Source: Verrucomicrobiota bacterium
Lineage (GTDB): Bacteria; Verrucomicrobiota; Verrucomicrobiia; Limisphaerales; SXTU01
Direction of reading: 5' to 3'
Length of the DNA: 64,000 nt
NCBI GenBank assembly: GCA_016871445.1
Contig: VHDH01000001.1
Location: 875-64,874 of the forward strand
Position numbers and translations under genes: made by a program. The first letter of the stretch is position 1. The number at the start of each line of letters is the position of its first letter. Under the pieces are notes generated by a model. That model saw only the letters and a list, made by a program, of their open reading frames with translations, searched no databases and had not been told where the DNA came from. Of this stretch, positions 21,622 through 31,658 are shown piece by piece.

Positions 21622-24600
21622 CCGGCTCTGCTTTGTCTGGCGTAAGGAACTCGCGGATGGTCTGAAACGGTCGCAATGGCAGCAGGAGAAACTTGGGAAT
21701 GAAGCGCGGCTCGCTCCTCGGGTTGCTCAGCGAACCAGTCACGCGATACTCGAACACCTTCGTCACTGGCGATGTGAGCAGGCTTAGCAGCGGGCCGACT
21801 AGGAAGGCGTCCCGAAACATCTCGGCCTCGACGTTGGCATAAACCTTGCCGGTGAAGTCTACGGTGCCGTCGTAGTGCAGGCGGGCGGGAGGTGAGAGGA
21901 TTTCGAGATCCTTCGTGTAAATGACGCCGTTGGTCAGGATGAAGCTTCCCTTTGCTTCCTTTGCACGGCTGCTTCCGAGATCCTTGTTGATGGCATTCAA
22001 CACGGGGGAAAAGAGGCCGAAGATCGGGATATCCCACAGCAAACCGTCGGTGAGCCGCACCTCACCGGAGCCCTGCCAGCTTTGCCAGTTGGTAGTGTTG
22101 GCGCTAGTGACCGTCACCCGGCCGCCCAAGGCGCCCTCCAGCCGGTTGGTCTTGCCGTTCAGCTCCGCGACGAAGCCCGGCAGGTTGGCGTTGGTGAAGC
22201 CGAGGTTGAAACCGAAGTTCGCGCTGCGTAGCGGAGTAAGGTCGAAGTTAAGGTCTCCGAAAATCCTGCCGCCATGGAATCCGCCGATTAAATTGGTTAT
22301 GACAACGCGGTTGGTGACCCAATGAACGGTCGCGTTAACTTGTGGCAAGTGGAAGAACGACCAGCGGAACGGTCCGCTCACAATGTCGAAGTGTAGGTCG
22401 GTGCTCTCCGAATCCCCGAAGGGAATCGAGCCGTGGACACGCACGGTCGGGGCGTTGCTAAATTGGTAGGCTAAGATCGTATTGGCCGTCTGTGGGCCAA
22501 TAATGCGCGTGAAGGCGTAGGGGTCGAAGGTGCTGTGCGCGTTGTTGATCCAGAGCCGCTGAAGCTGCGCATCAATCCGTAGGTCCGGCGCAGTGATGAC
22601 GCCAGCCCCACGGCGGGCACGCACATCGGTAATGGTAAATAACTCATTGGTGAAGCTCACCGAGCCTCTAAAATCGTCCACTTGCTCGCCACGAAGAACG
22701 AAGTTGGTGGCCGCTACAGACGCACGGAAACCACTCTCCTCGCGCGCGCGCCATTGGCCCCAAATTTCACCCTCTACGAAGGGCGGGACCGAGAAGTTGA
22801 AATTGGTGAGGATGCGCTTGTCCTCCGGACGCTCCAATAAAGGTTCGATGGCACTTGGGAAGACGTTCGCCCGACCAGTCCAGTGATACTGGTGCGTGTG
22901 TGGGTTGACAGTGTAGGCAAGTCGGACTTCGCCTTCGGGCCTGCGCGCCCAGAGATTAGGCAGGCGTAGGACGCCGTTGGTGAGAGTGAGATCGGTGCTG
23001 GCTTCGAGATACGTCGCATTGCGATAAGCACCGCCCGGACTGTCCACGTGAGCGGCGAGCGTCACGGAATCGCCGACCGCTTTCCAGTCGGGCGCAAGGT
23101 TCGTCCATTCCGGCAGTATGAGGGCCACGCTGGCCCGGGCCTTGGGCACGGCATTAAACGTAAAGCGCGACAATTCGCGCTGCGTATTCGTATGCAACAA
23201 GTGCTGGATGCGATAAACGTCGAAGTCGAGCTGGCCGGTCGCGGCAGCGTGCCGGGTAGCCACGTCGAGGCGCGCGTGGGTGTCGAGTGTCCCGCCGTAA
23301 AGTTCGGCGTGGAGGTTGGTGACGTTTAAGTGCGGTGCTCGCCATTGCGCGTCAAAGTTCAACTTTCCAAGTTCGAGCGGCTTTAAGTCGGATTTCACCC
23401 CGTCCAATGCCACGGAGGTTTCCACCTGCCAGGGCGCGAGATTGGTCCAGAAGCCCCACGTGGCTGGAGCGTCGGGAACCGGTGTGCCAACTTGGGAAAC
23501 CTTCGCTGACGCACGAGCCTGTTTCGCCCCACCCCATTTCGTCTTAAGCAGGGCGACCTGCGTTTCGGCGTCGGCGGCTAGCAACTGCTTGCGGGTGGTT
23601 GCGAAGATAGCTTTGCCGGTCAACCTGCCCTCAGCCAGTTGCGCCCATTCGGATTTCAGCCCCGTCGTACTCAAGTTTAGGCTCGTCAGTAGCTCATCCG
23701 GGGTCAGAGGAAGCGGTGTGGTCTGGCCGGAAAGTCGAAACAGCGCGGCTTCTGCCCACTTCGATTTGCCGTCGCGCACCGTCACCTCCCACGCAGCATC
23801 CCAGTCGTTGGTGCGCGCGGACTGACGGTTCAGTCGGGCGGTGAGCAGGAGGTGTTCAGCGCTGGCACTGAATTGAGTGGAGCGCACGCGAGCGGTTTCG
23901 AGGCGAAATTCCGCGCTGGCCGCGCCGTTGGTTCCAGGTGGCTGGACAATGCGCACGGTGAAGTTGGCAGCGCGCCCACTGCCCCATGGGGTACGTAGGT
24001 CCGGCGCCTTCACCTTTAGGTCTGCCTGCAAGCCGCGCTCTAGCTGCGCGTCGGCGCGGAGCGCCAACTCGATTTCCGGCGGATCGGCATACTGCACGCG
24101 CGCCAGCTCGTGCAAGATGCGGTGCAGGATTTCTTCCGCACCCACCCTGAGTGTTGTGAGAGACGTGTCAGAGTCGGACGGCCGTCTCCGTTTCTTACCC
24201 AGCGCACTCGCATTGGTGACGACAGCACTGAACTTCATCTCTATACCTTGCACGGTAGCGGTGAGTTGCGGCAGTTCCCACACATCACCGGGCAGGAAAC
24301 GCACTGCCGTTGCCAGATTCGTGACTGTTAGCGTATGGGGTGGAAGATTAGTCGGGGCGAGCGTCCACTTCAGCGCGCCTTGACGCAGCGCGACGCCGCT
24401 GACGACAAACTCGAAGCGTTGCAACGCCTCGTGGTCGAGTTGCACCTCGGCCTCAGCTATGGCGAATTGCGGTCCTGCTGCATCTCCTGTAGTGGCGAGG
24501 GTGATGCCCTCCGCAACTAGACCGCGAAACCACTGCCAGCGCAGCCGGGTGAATTCGAGCTTGAGCCCTTGTGTCTCCAAGTCGGCCAGCACGGGCTGCT

Positions 24601-24754
24601 TGACGAAGTCGGGCACTCCAATCTGGTTGAACCAGAGAAATGCGCACAGCGCCGCCAGCACCAGCAGCAAGCACAGAATGCGCACGCAGCGGAAGGCGAT
24701 CCGGCAGATACGCCATAAGGTCCAGCGTTTGCGTTGAGTCGGGGATTCTTTCAT
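21611..24754 (-). CDS. AsmA-like (AsmA_2/YhdP/TamB superfamily) periplasm-spanning protein
   Basis: Single N-terminal TM, about 1,000 aa of amphipathic beta-strands, C-terminal AsmA_2-like block (GSGEVRLTDGLLWDIPIFG...YRVTGSLSNP). ATG at 24754 preferred. Confidence 0.8.
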   Translation of the reverse strand: MKESPTQRKRWTLWRICRIAFRCVRILCLLLVLAALCAFLWFNQIGVPDFVKQPVLADLETQGLKLEFTRLRWQWFRGLVAEGITLATTGDAAGPQFAIAEAEVQLDHEALQRFEFVVSGVALRQGALKWTLAPTNLPPHTLTVTNLATAVRFLPGDVWELPQLTATVQGIEMKFSAVVTNASALGKKRRRPSDSDTSLTTLRVGAEEILHRILHELARVQYADPPEIELALRADAQLERGLQADLKVKAPDLRTPWGSGRAANFTVRIVQPPGTNGAASAEFRLETARVRSTQFSASAEHLLLTARLNRQSARTNDWDAAWEVTVRDGKSKWAEAALFRLSGQTTPLPLTPDELLTSLNLSTTGLKSEWAQLAEGRLTGKAIFATTRKQLLAADAETQVALLKTKWGGAKQARASAKVSQVGTPVPDAPATWGFWTNLAPWQVETSVALDGVKSDLKPLELGKLNFDAQWRAPHLNVTNLHAELYGGTLDTHARLDVATRHAAATGQLDFDVYRIQHLLHTNTQRELSRFTFNAVPKARASVALILPEWTNLAPDWKAVGDSVTLAAHVDSPGGAYRNATYLEASTDLTLTNGVLRLPNLWARRPEGEVRLAYTVNPHTHQYHWTGRANVFPSAIEPLLERPEDKRILTNFNFSVPPFVEGEIWGQWRAREESGFRASVAATNFVLRGEQVDDFRGSVSFTNELFTITDVRARRGAGVITAPDLRIDAQLQRLWINNAHSTFDPYAFTRIIGPQTANTILAYQFSNAPTVRVHGSIPFGDSESTDLHFDIVSGPFRWSFFHLPQVNATVHWVTNRVVITNLIGGFHGGRIFGDLNFDLTPLRSANFGFNLGFTNANLPGFVAELNGKTNRLEGALGGRVTVTSANTTNWQSWQGSGEVRLTDGLLWDIPIFGLFSPVLNAINKDLGSSRAKEAKGSFILTNGVIYTKDLEILSPPARLHYDGTVDFTGKVYANVEAEMFRDAFLVGPLLSLLTSPVTKVFEYRVTGSLSNPRSEPRFIPKFLLLPLRPFQTIREFLTPDKAEPEKK

Positions 24755-24777
24755 CGCGCGGCGCGGCGCGGGCCGCC

Positions 24778-26607
24778 TCACATGGATGGGCTAAGGTAAG
24801 GGACGATATAGTCCATGAACAGCGGGCGTGGAAACTCAAAGATAAGGGGCTGGCGCGTGCGCGGGTCGGTGACGGCTGCCCATGGGTGGCGGCCTTGGGG
24901 GATAAAACCCAACATTACTACATTCGTCCGGGCCGGATTTCCACCCAGCTCGATGCTCACGCGGTGGCGTGTCTCGGAAATTCCGTAAAGTGGCAGGCGG
25001 TCTGCGCCGAGATGAACCCATCGCTCGGCGCGCAGCCGTCCCAATCGGAACAGGGTCTCCTCCAATGCGCTATTGCGCACGTCGTCCACGGGCTGACCGG
25101 CTTCGCTCCAGCGCCCGTCCCCGGCGCGCGCGAGTCGGCGTGTGCGGCCGTCAAACTCCACCGTCACAGCGGCAACTTGGTTGGTAGCGAAGCTCCATAC
25201 CGTGCGGTCTTGCATCTGCCATAACGCCCACGGCAGGCCTGGATCCACGTCGCCGCGGGCGACGACATAGACGGAGCCTTCATCGTGTCGACGTGCGTAA
25301 AGGCGGTCGGGCGGCAGGTTCGTCACGGCGCCAAAGTCCAGCCGCGCCACGAGCCGGTTGGTCGGTGCTTCCGCCGCGTTGGTCACCCTGGACAGCAGAG
25401 TGAGCGAGCGAGCAGGTGTGGCGAGGCCGTAGGCCGCGTAGTCAGTGACTATCTCCTTCTCCAGCTCGCGGGCCGCCAGCGTCTCAAGGTTCAGCAGGAA
25501 GCTCTGCATGAGTTGCGCATCGATCGGCGTCCTAAGGGAGTCATCAGCCACCCAAACTATGTTGGTCGCGCTGTTGGTTTGACGGCGGAGAGTGAACGGC
25601 TCACGGCCACGTACCTCGATGGCGTTGAAGGCGTCTGGGGCGAACGCATCGAGCAGCCGGTGCTCGGAGTAGTTCCAAATTGGCGCACGCATGTATGCGA
25701 GCGGTTCGGCAGCAACAAGCATGATATTGGTGGTTGCGAGGTTACGCGCATAGACCAGCTCCGGCTGGTTGGTCGGGCTCCGGCCGAACTGCACAATCAG
25801 CGTGTCGTTCGTACCGGAGCTAAAGACCAGTTCCGCCTCGGGCGTTTGCAAGCCAAAGGGATCGAGGTCTGCCTTGGGATCATCCGTCACGAAGCGCTGG
25901 ACGGGCCATTGCTGCAAGTCTACGAGCAGTTGTTCGATAAGCGGGGTGTTGCCACGTTTTTCGGGCGCGGGTTGCGCGATACGCCAGAGCTGGTTGGTCA
26001 CCTTTCGCTGGAACAGCACGTCGCGCGGCCCAGTGCGCACACGCAGCCGGTCAAATTTCACACCGGCCAGCGAAAACAACTGCCGGTCCCGCCAGTCGTC
26101 AGCCGTTTGGGGCAGGAACTTCAGCAGGTTTGCGTCAGTCACTGCGACGTGTGGTGCGCCGATGACCTGCACGTAGAGTTGGTCGTTGACCGGGGTGCGC
26201 GCGCCGATGCGCAATTCGACTGGCGCTTCGCCTTGGTGAAACCGCAGCGTGGCATGTGGTGGATCGAGGCCGAAATCGGCTGGTGATTTCACCTGCCCGG
26301 CCGGAACGACGAGCTGCGGTCGCAGTTGGGCGCACACATCCAGCAGCGTCTTGAGCAATAGGGAATTCGCTGGGTAAGCAACTGGGTGTGTGAGGTGCCA
26401 TCTCCCGGCATTGAATTCAGCGTTTACTGCAAGATTCGTGCGGGTCAACTCCACGCGCGTAACCGTGGCGGGCCGGAGGCGCGGCACGAGCGGTGCGGCG
26501 GTGGGCGAAGGTGGCGGCGCGGTCGACTGGCGCGTCTCGGTGACCACGATAAACGCGAGCAACGCGAGCGCTATGGCCACCAGCAGTTTATTCAAAGAGC
26601 AGTTCAT
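24778..26607 (-). CDS. DUF4340 domain protein (multiple repeats), GldAFG-associated
   Basis: N-terminal TM; repeated W.L..P...A and FGL..P motifs (DFGLDPP, PFGLQTP, AYGLATP); directly after the GldG-like gene. Confidence 0.8.
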   Translation of the reverse strand: MNCSLNKLLVAIALALLAFIVVTETRQSTAPPPSPTAAPLVPRLRPATVTRVELTRTNLAVNAEFNAGRWHLTHPVAYPANSLLLKTLLDVCAQLRPQLVVPAGQVKSPADFGLDPPHATLRFHQGEAPVELRIGARTPVNDQLYVQVIGAPHVAVTDANLLKFLPQTADDWRDRQLFSLAGVKFDRLRVRTGPRDVLFQRKVTNQLWRIAQPAPEKRGNTPLIEQLLVDLQQWPVQRFVTDDPKADLDPFGLQTPEAELVFSSGTNDTLIVQFGRSPTNQPELVYARNLATTNIMLVAAEPLAYMRAPIWNYSEHRLLDAFAPDAFNAIEVRGREPFTLRRQTNSATNIVWVADDSLRTPIDAQLMQSFLLNLETLAARELEKEIVTDYAAYGLATPARSLTLLSRVTNAAEAPTNRLVARLDFGAVTNLPPDRLYARRHDEGSVYVVARGDVDPGLPWALWQMQDRTVWSFATNQVAAVTVEFDGRTRRLARAGDGRWSEAGQPVDDVRNSALEETLFRLGRLRAERWVHLGADRLPLYGISETRHRVSIELGGNPARTNVVMLGFIPQGRHPWAAVTDPRTRQPLIFEFPRPLFMDYIVPYLSPSM

Positions 26608-26672
26608 GGGAACTGTGTTGTGGGGTGCGCCGGAGATGTAAGATTAGCAATGATGCAGCTCATGGTTTTTTC

Positions 26673-28154
26673 TCACATCTGTCGCCGGAACCACACAAGC
26701 AGCCCTAAGCCCAAGATTCCCCCAGGGATGCCAAGCATCAGGATGAACTGCACCGAGCGCATTTGCGCGTCGCTCATATTGAAAATGTATTCTCGCACTG
26801 GGCGCGCCGCTACGCCCACGAGCCGGGGCCGATCCACTAACCAGTTCACCGCATTAGCGGCGAAGTCGCGGTTGACCGCATTTTCCAACATGGTGTTACC
26901 GAGAAAAAATGACTCGCCCACGACCACCATGCGCGTGGAGCCGCCCTCGATGTTGCGCAAACCGCCCCGCTCGACGGCGACGGCGACTGGAATTACGCCC
27001 ACCCGATCCTCGCGCGGGTCGAACTGCAGACTGGCCCGCCGGCCAATTGCCTTACCGGCGGGCGAGGTGGCAACGAGCGGCTTGACCTGTGGGGCATCGG
27101 AGCCTTGGCCGGTGGGCGCTCGGGGCGTGACGGAGCGGGGTGTGGCTAGCACGAGGCCGCCCTGAGTTTTTCCAAACGGCCGAGTGATCTCGTGGTCGCC
27201 GTAATAACTCAGAATGACATAACTGCCGTCGCGCACGCCGTTAGCGTCGGTCACCACGTCGTCGCCCAGTTCGACGCCCCAAGCGCGCAGGAGGAGTTCG
27301 AGGCCAGCGTTGCTGTTCTGCGGGATTAGCACGAGCGCGCGGCCACCTCGGCTAAGGTAATTATTTAACTGGTTGACTTCATCAGCGTGCAATGGCGCGA
27401 ACGGTCCGGCGACGATAAGCAGGCTGCAATCGGCAGGCACCTCGTTGGTGCCGCCCAGCGTGAGCTCGAAGGGCGTCAGGCCATAGCCACGCTGGATCAA
27501 CTCGATGAATTTGCCGTAACCCGTGGGCGTGATGGCGGTGGTGGGGTCATGTTCCTTGTGACCACGCAGGTAGTAAGTGTGGAGTTTACGATTCTCCATT
27601 AGCGTGATGATGGCCGAAGTAAAGTAGGATTCTCCGGTGAAAGACTTACGCGTTACGTTGCGGCTTTTTCCGGCTAATAGCTCGTTGGTGTCATACTCCG
27701 ATAATTCGCCTTGTCGTACAATGCGGCTGCGTTCGCCCAACGTGAAGATGACAACGTCCTTAGTGTTGGGCGGGAGCTTGACGGCGAGCTTGGTGCGCTC
27801 TGCTTCTGCCGGCTCGGTGAGGTAGTTAACGGTCGAAATTTTGACGCGCGGGCTGGCGGCGGCGTATTGGCGGAGGGTTTGGAGGATGGGCGTGTAGAGC
27901 GTTTCGTCTGGGTCATAGAAGAGCGTAACGTGCAGGTCATTCGTGAGTGCGCCCACTACTTGAAGCGTGACCGGCGCGAGCGGCGGTACCCGGTCTTCCG
28001 AAAACGACATGCGCCGGAAATAGCGCGTGGCGATGAGGTTTACCATCAGCACGATGGCGACCATGGCCACAACGCCGACCAGCAAGCCTAGGCCCGCGCC
28101 GAACTTGCGCGCGGCAGAAAAACTGGGCGCCGGATTTTGGAGGCCGTCAGGCAT
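26673..28154 (-). CDS. GldG-like ABC-type uncharacterised transport auxiliary protein
   Basis: N- and C-terminal TMs; GESYFTSAI, YYLRGHKE, LIVAGP, YLSRGGRALVL, RMVVVGES, NRDFAANAVNWL. Confidence 0.88.
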   Translation of the reverse strand: MPDGLQNPAPSFSAARKFGAGLGLLVGVVAMVAIVLMVNLIATRYFRRMSFSEDRVPPLAPVTLQVVGALTNDLHVTLFYDPDETLYTPILQTLRQYAAASPRVKISTVNYLTEPAEAERTKLAVKLPPNTKDVVIFTLGERSRIVRQGELSEYDTNELLAGKSRNVTRKSFTGESYFTSAIITLMENRKLHTYYLRGHKEHDPTTAITPTGYGKFIELIQRGYGLTPFELTLGGTNEVPADCSLLIVAGPFAPLHADEVNQLNNYLSRGGRALVLIPQNSNAGLELLLRAWGVELGDDVVTDANGVRDGSYVILSYYGDHEITRPFGKTQGGLVLATPRSVTPRAPTGQGSDAPQVKPLVATSPAGKAIGRRASLQFDPREDRVGVIPVAVAVERGGLRNIEGGSTRMVVVGESFFLGNTMLENAVNRDFAANAVNWLVDRPRLVGVAARPVREYIFNMSDAQMRSVQFILMLGIPGGILGLGLLVWFRRQM

Positions 28155-28189
28155 GAGTTAAGCTTGCGACTTTAGGGGGGAATTTGCCT

Positions 28190-28945
28190 TCATTTCCACC
28201 TCCGGCTTTCCACTACCTTCAGCGTGAGGAACAGGAATAGTCCCGTTAAACTCAGGTAAAATACAACCGGCCGCGTGTCCACCACGCCGCGCGTGAAGTC
28301 TTTCATGTGATCAACCATCGAGACATGTTGGAGAATGGCGCTTTGCCAACCCGGTTTGGGCGGCAAGATATGGGTGAGGTAACCTAGCAGAAACAGCCCA
28401 AGGCCGAGCACGAAAGCGTTCATAGCGGCGATGATCTGATTGCGCGTTAGCGACGAGGCGAAGCAGCCCAGCGCTGTGTAGAGTGTGCCGAACAGAAAGA
28501 TGCCGACGCACGTTCCTCCCAGCGCGCCGGTATCCACCTGCGCGAGGTCTACGGAAAAGCGCTTGAGCAGGAACGGATACGCCAGTAGCGGCAGCCAAGC
28601 CGACATAAAGAAGAGCAACGCGCCCGTGAACTTCGCGAGCACCACTTGCGCGTCACCCACGGGCGTAGTCATAAGCGTCTCATAAGTGCCCGAAGATTTT
28701 TCCGTCGCAAAGGAGCGCATTGTGATGATGGGCGGGGCCAGTAACATCACGAGCCAAAACAGGCCATTGTTAAAGAACGCCTCTGTCACCGGCACGTCAA
28801 AGGGCTTGTTCACCAGCGCCTGCAGCACGATGATAAAACTTAACCCCAACAAGAACTGCATCGCCGCTACGATGACGTAGCCGATCAACGAGACGTAACA
28901 CATGCCCAGTTCCCGACGGACGAGGGTAAGGAAGGGTTGCATCAC
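28190..28945 (-). CDS. ABC-2 type permease (GldF-like)
   Basis: RREL...S.IGY, PIITMRSFATEKSSGTYETLMTTPV, SSLTRNQIIAA, six TMs. Confidence 0.9.
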   Translation of the reverse strand: MMQPFLTLVRRELGMCYVSLIGYVIVAAMQFLLGLSFIIVLQALVNKPFDVPVTEAFFNNGLFWLVMLLAPPIITMRSFATEKSSGTYETLMTTPVGDAQVVLAKFTGALLFFMSAWLPLLAYPFLLKRFSVDLAQVDTGALGGTCVGIFLFGTLYTALGCFASSLTRNQIIAAMNAFVLGLGLFLLGYLTHILPPKPGWQSAILQHVSMVDHMKDFTRGVVDTRPVVFYLSLTGLFLFLTLKVVESRRWK

Positions 28946-29062
28946 TAATGTGACCGATGGATGGAGTTTGCCAACCGGCGTCTGAGTCCAATGGATAAAA
29001 TCAGGGTCGCCGTCGTGTTTCCCATTCGCATTACGTAATTCGTATGCCCGATCATCTTAGGT

Positions 29063-30016
29063 TTATTCCTGCTCCCGCCGAGTGACATGCACGAAGATGT
29101 CCTCCAGCGAATGGCGTGTGCGAGTCAGTTCCCGCAAAGGCCAACTGCGCGCCTTAGCCAGCTCGAAGATTTGCGGCCGCAGGTCAATACCCGCGCGTGG
29201 CGTGAGCGCGCAGCGGTGAAAGCTACCTTCTGCCGCCACAATCTCGAAGTGTTCCACCTCCGCCATTTGCTCCCACGCTTCGCGCAGGTCCGGGACCGGC
29301 GCGGCTAACTCAGCAATGATTTGTTGGCCAGCGCTCATCTTGCGCTGCAGCTCGTCCAGCGTGCCGCTCTCGCGGATAGATCCTTGATGGATGATGATGA
29401 CCCGCGTGCAGGTCAGCTCCACCTCAGGCAACAGGTGCGACGAGACGAACACCGTGCGGTCCCGGCTTACGTCTTTGATGAGCTGACGCACCGCGCGCGT
29501 GAGGTGTGCGTCGAGGTTCTTGGTCGGCTCGTCCAGGATGATCAGCTCTGGCTCGTGCACGAGCGCATCCGCCAACCCCACGCGCTGCCGGTAACCGCCG
29601 GAGAGCGTTCCGATCACCTTGCTCGCAACGTCACCCAAGCCGCACTGCTCGGTGACGATATCCACACGCTCGCGGCTGCGCGCGACGCTTAGGCCCTTCA
29701 ACCGGGCGCGAAATTTAAGGTATTCGCGCACCCGCATGTCTAGGTGGAGCGGATTGCCCTCGGGCATGTAACCAATGCGCCGGCGCACTTCGTCCGCCTG
29801 CGTGAACACATCGAAACCCGCCACCCGCGCGGTGCCAGAGGTCGCCGGCATAAAGCACGAGAGCATACGCATCGTAGTTGTCTTGCCCGCGCCGTTCTGA
29901 CCGAGGAAGCCGACGATTTCGCCACGCTTCACGGAGAACGTCAGGTCTCGCACCGCCGCGCGGCTTCCGTAGCGCTTGGTGAGGTTCTCGACCTCGATCA
30001 TGGGCGCGGTGCTCAT
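29063..30016 (-). CDS. ABC transporter ATP-binding protein (GldA-like)
   Basis: Walker A GQNGAGKTT, signature LSGGYRQRVGLA, Walker B LIILDEPT, H-loop SSHLL. Confidence 0.95.
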   Translation of the reverse strand: MSTAPMIEVENLTKRYGSRAAVRDLTFSVKRGEIVGFLGQNGAGKTTTMRMLSCFMPATSGTARVAGFDVFTQADEVRRRIGYMPEGNPLHLDMRVREYLKFRARLKGLSVARSRERVDIVTEQCGLGDVASKVIGTLSGGYRQRVGLADALVHEPELIILDEPTKNLDAHLTRAVRQLIKDVSRDRTVFVSSHLLPEVELTCTRVIIIHQGSIRESGTLDELQRKMSAGQQIIAELAAPVPDLREAWEQMAEVEHFEIVAAEGSFHRCALTPRAGIDLRPQIFELAKARSWPLRELTRTRHSLEDIFVHVTRREQE

Positions 30017-31401
30017 TTCAGTTTCATCGCTACGCTGCCTTCGCGAAAGCCGCTAAAGCTCCCGCGCTTGGGCGGCGCGATGACGTTGAGCCGCGCGGAG
30101 TCACCCGGCTTCTTCGCGTGTAGCGCGCGGCCTAACTCCACGAGGTCGCGCATCGGCTGGTTGTCCACGCCGCGGATGACAAAATACTTTTCCATCTTTG
30201 CCTCAGCCGCAGGCGAGTCTTTGTCCACCTCGGCAACCACGAAGCCGCCGTAAAACGGAAAGCTCAGGTTCGCCGCCAACTCACGTGTCAGCTCTTGTAC
30301 ATGCAGGCCAATTTTTTGTCGCACGAGATCGGCGTTGAAGAAATCGCGCTCGGGTGTCAATCGCACGGCCAGAGTCTGCTGCACACTATTGCGACGAATC
30401 AGCAGTGAAACCGGCTTGTCCGTGCCAGCGGCATTCAACTCACGCATGAACTCGATGAAATTGCGCGGCGTCTTACCGGAAACTTGCAGGATGGTATCGC
30501 CCACGCGCAGGCCACCTTTTTCCGCTGGGCTGGCGGACTCAACGGCGATGACCTCGAGGAGAGTGGCGCCTGAGCGTACGCGTGCGCCGAACCACATCGC
30601 TTTGGTTCCCTCGGGCGTGAAATAGCGCGAGAGCGACTCATTCACGCGCTTGATAGGGATAGCGAAGCCGATGCCCTGTCCTTCGCGATAGACGGCAACA
30701 TTTAGGCCAATAAGTTCGCCGCGCAGATTGATGAGCGGTCCGCCAGAATTCCCGGGGTTGATGGCGGCATCGGTTTGGAGCCAGTCGGCCACGTCGAGCG
30801 GACTATCCTCGCGCGCAGGCCGGCGGGACTTTGAACTCAGGATGCCCTTGCTCACCGAGCCGCCGAGGCCGAAGGGATTGCCCAGTGTGATAACTGTCTC
30901 GCCCAGCAGCAAATCATCGTCCGCCGCGAAGCGCACCGGTGTGAACTTATCCCCCTCCTTTGCCTTGATGCGGAGCAAGGCCACGTCGGTCTTGGTGGTG
31001 CCGGTCACGCGTTCGGCCTCCAATTCGCGGCCGTCCATAAGCTTTACCCAAATGCGGCTGGCGCCCTTAACAACGTGCTCGTTGGTCAACACATAGCCGC
31101 TCTCATCCATGATGACACCGGAGCCGACGCTGGACGGAACCTCCTCAAGCTGTGGTCGCACGCGGTAACCAAAGAATTCTGCGCGCCAGCGAAAGAACGG
31201 ATCTGTGTTGTCCACGACGGTTGTGGTGGCGATATTCACGACGCTAGACATGGCGCGCTCAACCGCGCTAACGGTGGCATCGCGTCGCACATCAGCGTTT
31301 TGGGCGCGGACGTCGAGGAGCGTGGCCGCCACGATTGCGAGCACCAAGCCCGCCGTGCCGCCCAAGGGTTGAGACGATGGCCGAGTATTACACTTACCCA
31401 T
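30013..31401 (-). CDS. HtrA/DegP family serine protease with two PDZ domains
   Basis: GSGVI, LTNEHVV, DVALL, QTDAAINPGNSGGPL, two PDZ-like blocks (SPAEKGGL, SPAAEAKM). Start uncertain (31401 or 31467). Confidence 0.92.
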   Translation of the reverse strand: MGKCNTRPSSQPLGGTAGLVLAIVAATLLDVRAQNADVRRDATVSAVERAMSSVVNIATTTVVDNTDPFFRWRAEFFGYRVRPQLEEVPSSVGSGVIMDESGYVLTNEHVVKGASRIWVKLMDGRELEAERVTGTTKTDVALLRIKAKEGDKFTPVRFAADDDLLLGETVITLGNPFGLGGSVSKGILSSKSRRPAREDSPLDVADWLQTDAAINPGNSGGPLINLRGELIGLNVAVYREGQGIGFAIPIKRVNESLSRYFTPEGTKAMWFGARVRSGATLLEVIAVESASPAEKGGLRVGDTILQVSGKTPRNFIEFMRELNAAGTDKPVSLLIRRNSVQQTLAVRLTPERDFFNADLVRQKIGLHVQELTRELAANLSFPFYGGFVVAEVDKDSPAAEAKMEKYFVIRGVDNQPMRDLVELGRALHAKKPGDSARLNVIAPPKRGSFSGFREGSVAMKLK

Positions 31402-31658
31402 ACAGACAACGCAGCCCCGCGAGTTTAAGTGCACAGCGGTTCTAGCTCTGCGGGAAAACACCCTCACAGCAGCGGTTCGCGGCGGTAGCTACAGAGGAAT
31501 ATTTGCCGCACAAAGAAGCATAAAGCAACCGTAAGGTACCACCGACCCCATTCGTCCAAGACCGTTGGGTGTGCGAAATGATGCCGCTCCGCGAATGGTT
31601 TCTTGCTTAACTACTCGAATAGGATTTTTATAACTGAGTCACTCAGTCAGCCGTCACC

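Noticed and set aside
26673-30016. Gliding motility inferred from gldA/F/G-like genes
   Set aside because: These ABC modules are widespread in non-gliding bacteria, and no gldK-N or T9SS genes are present in the window.
31470-31650. Possible ncRNA or nonamer repeat (GCACAAAGA AGCATAAAG) in the htrA-DUF1501 spacer
   Set aside because: Only two degenerate units, with no clear complementary arm or known RNA motif.
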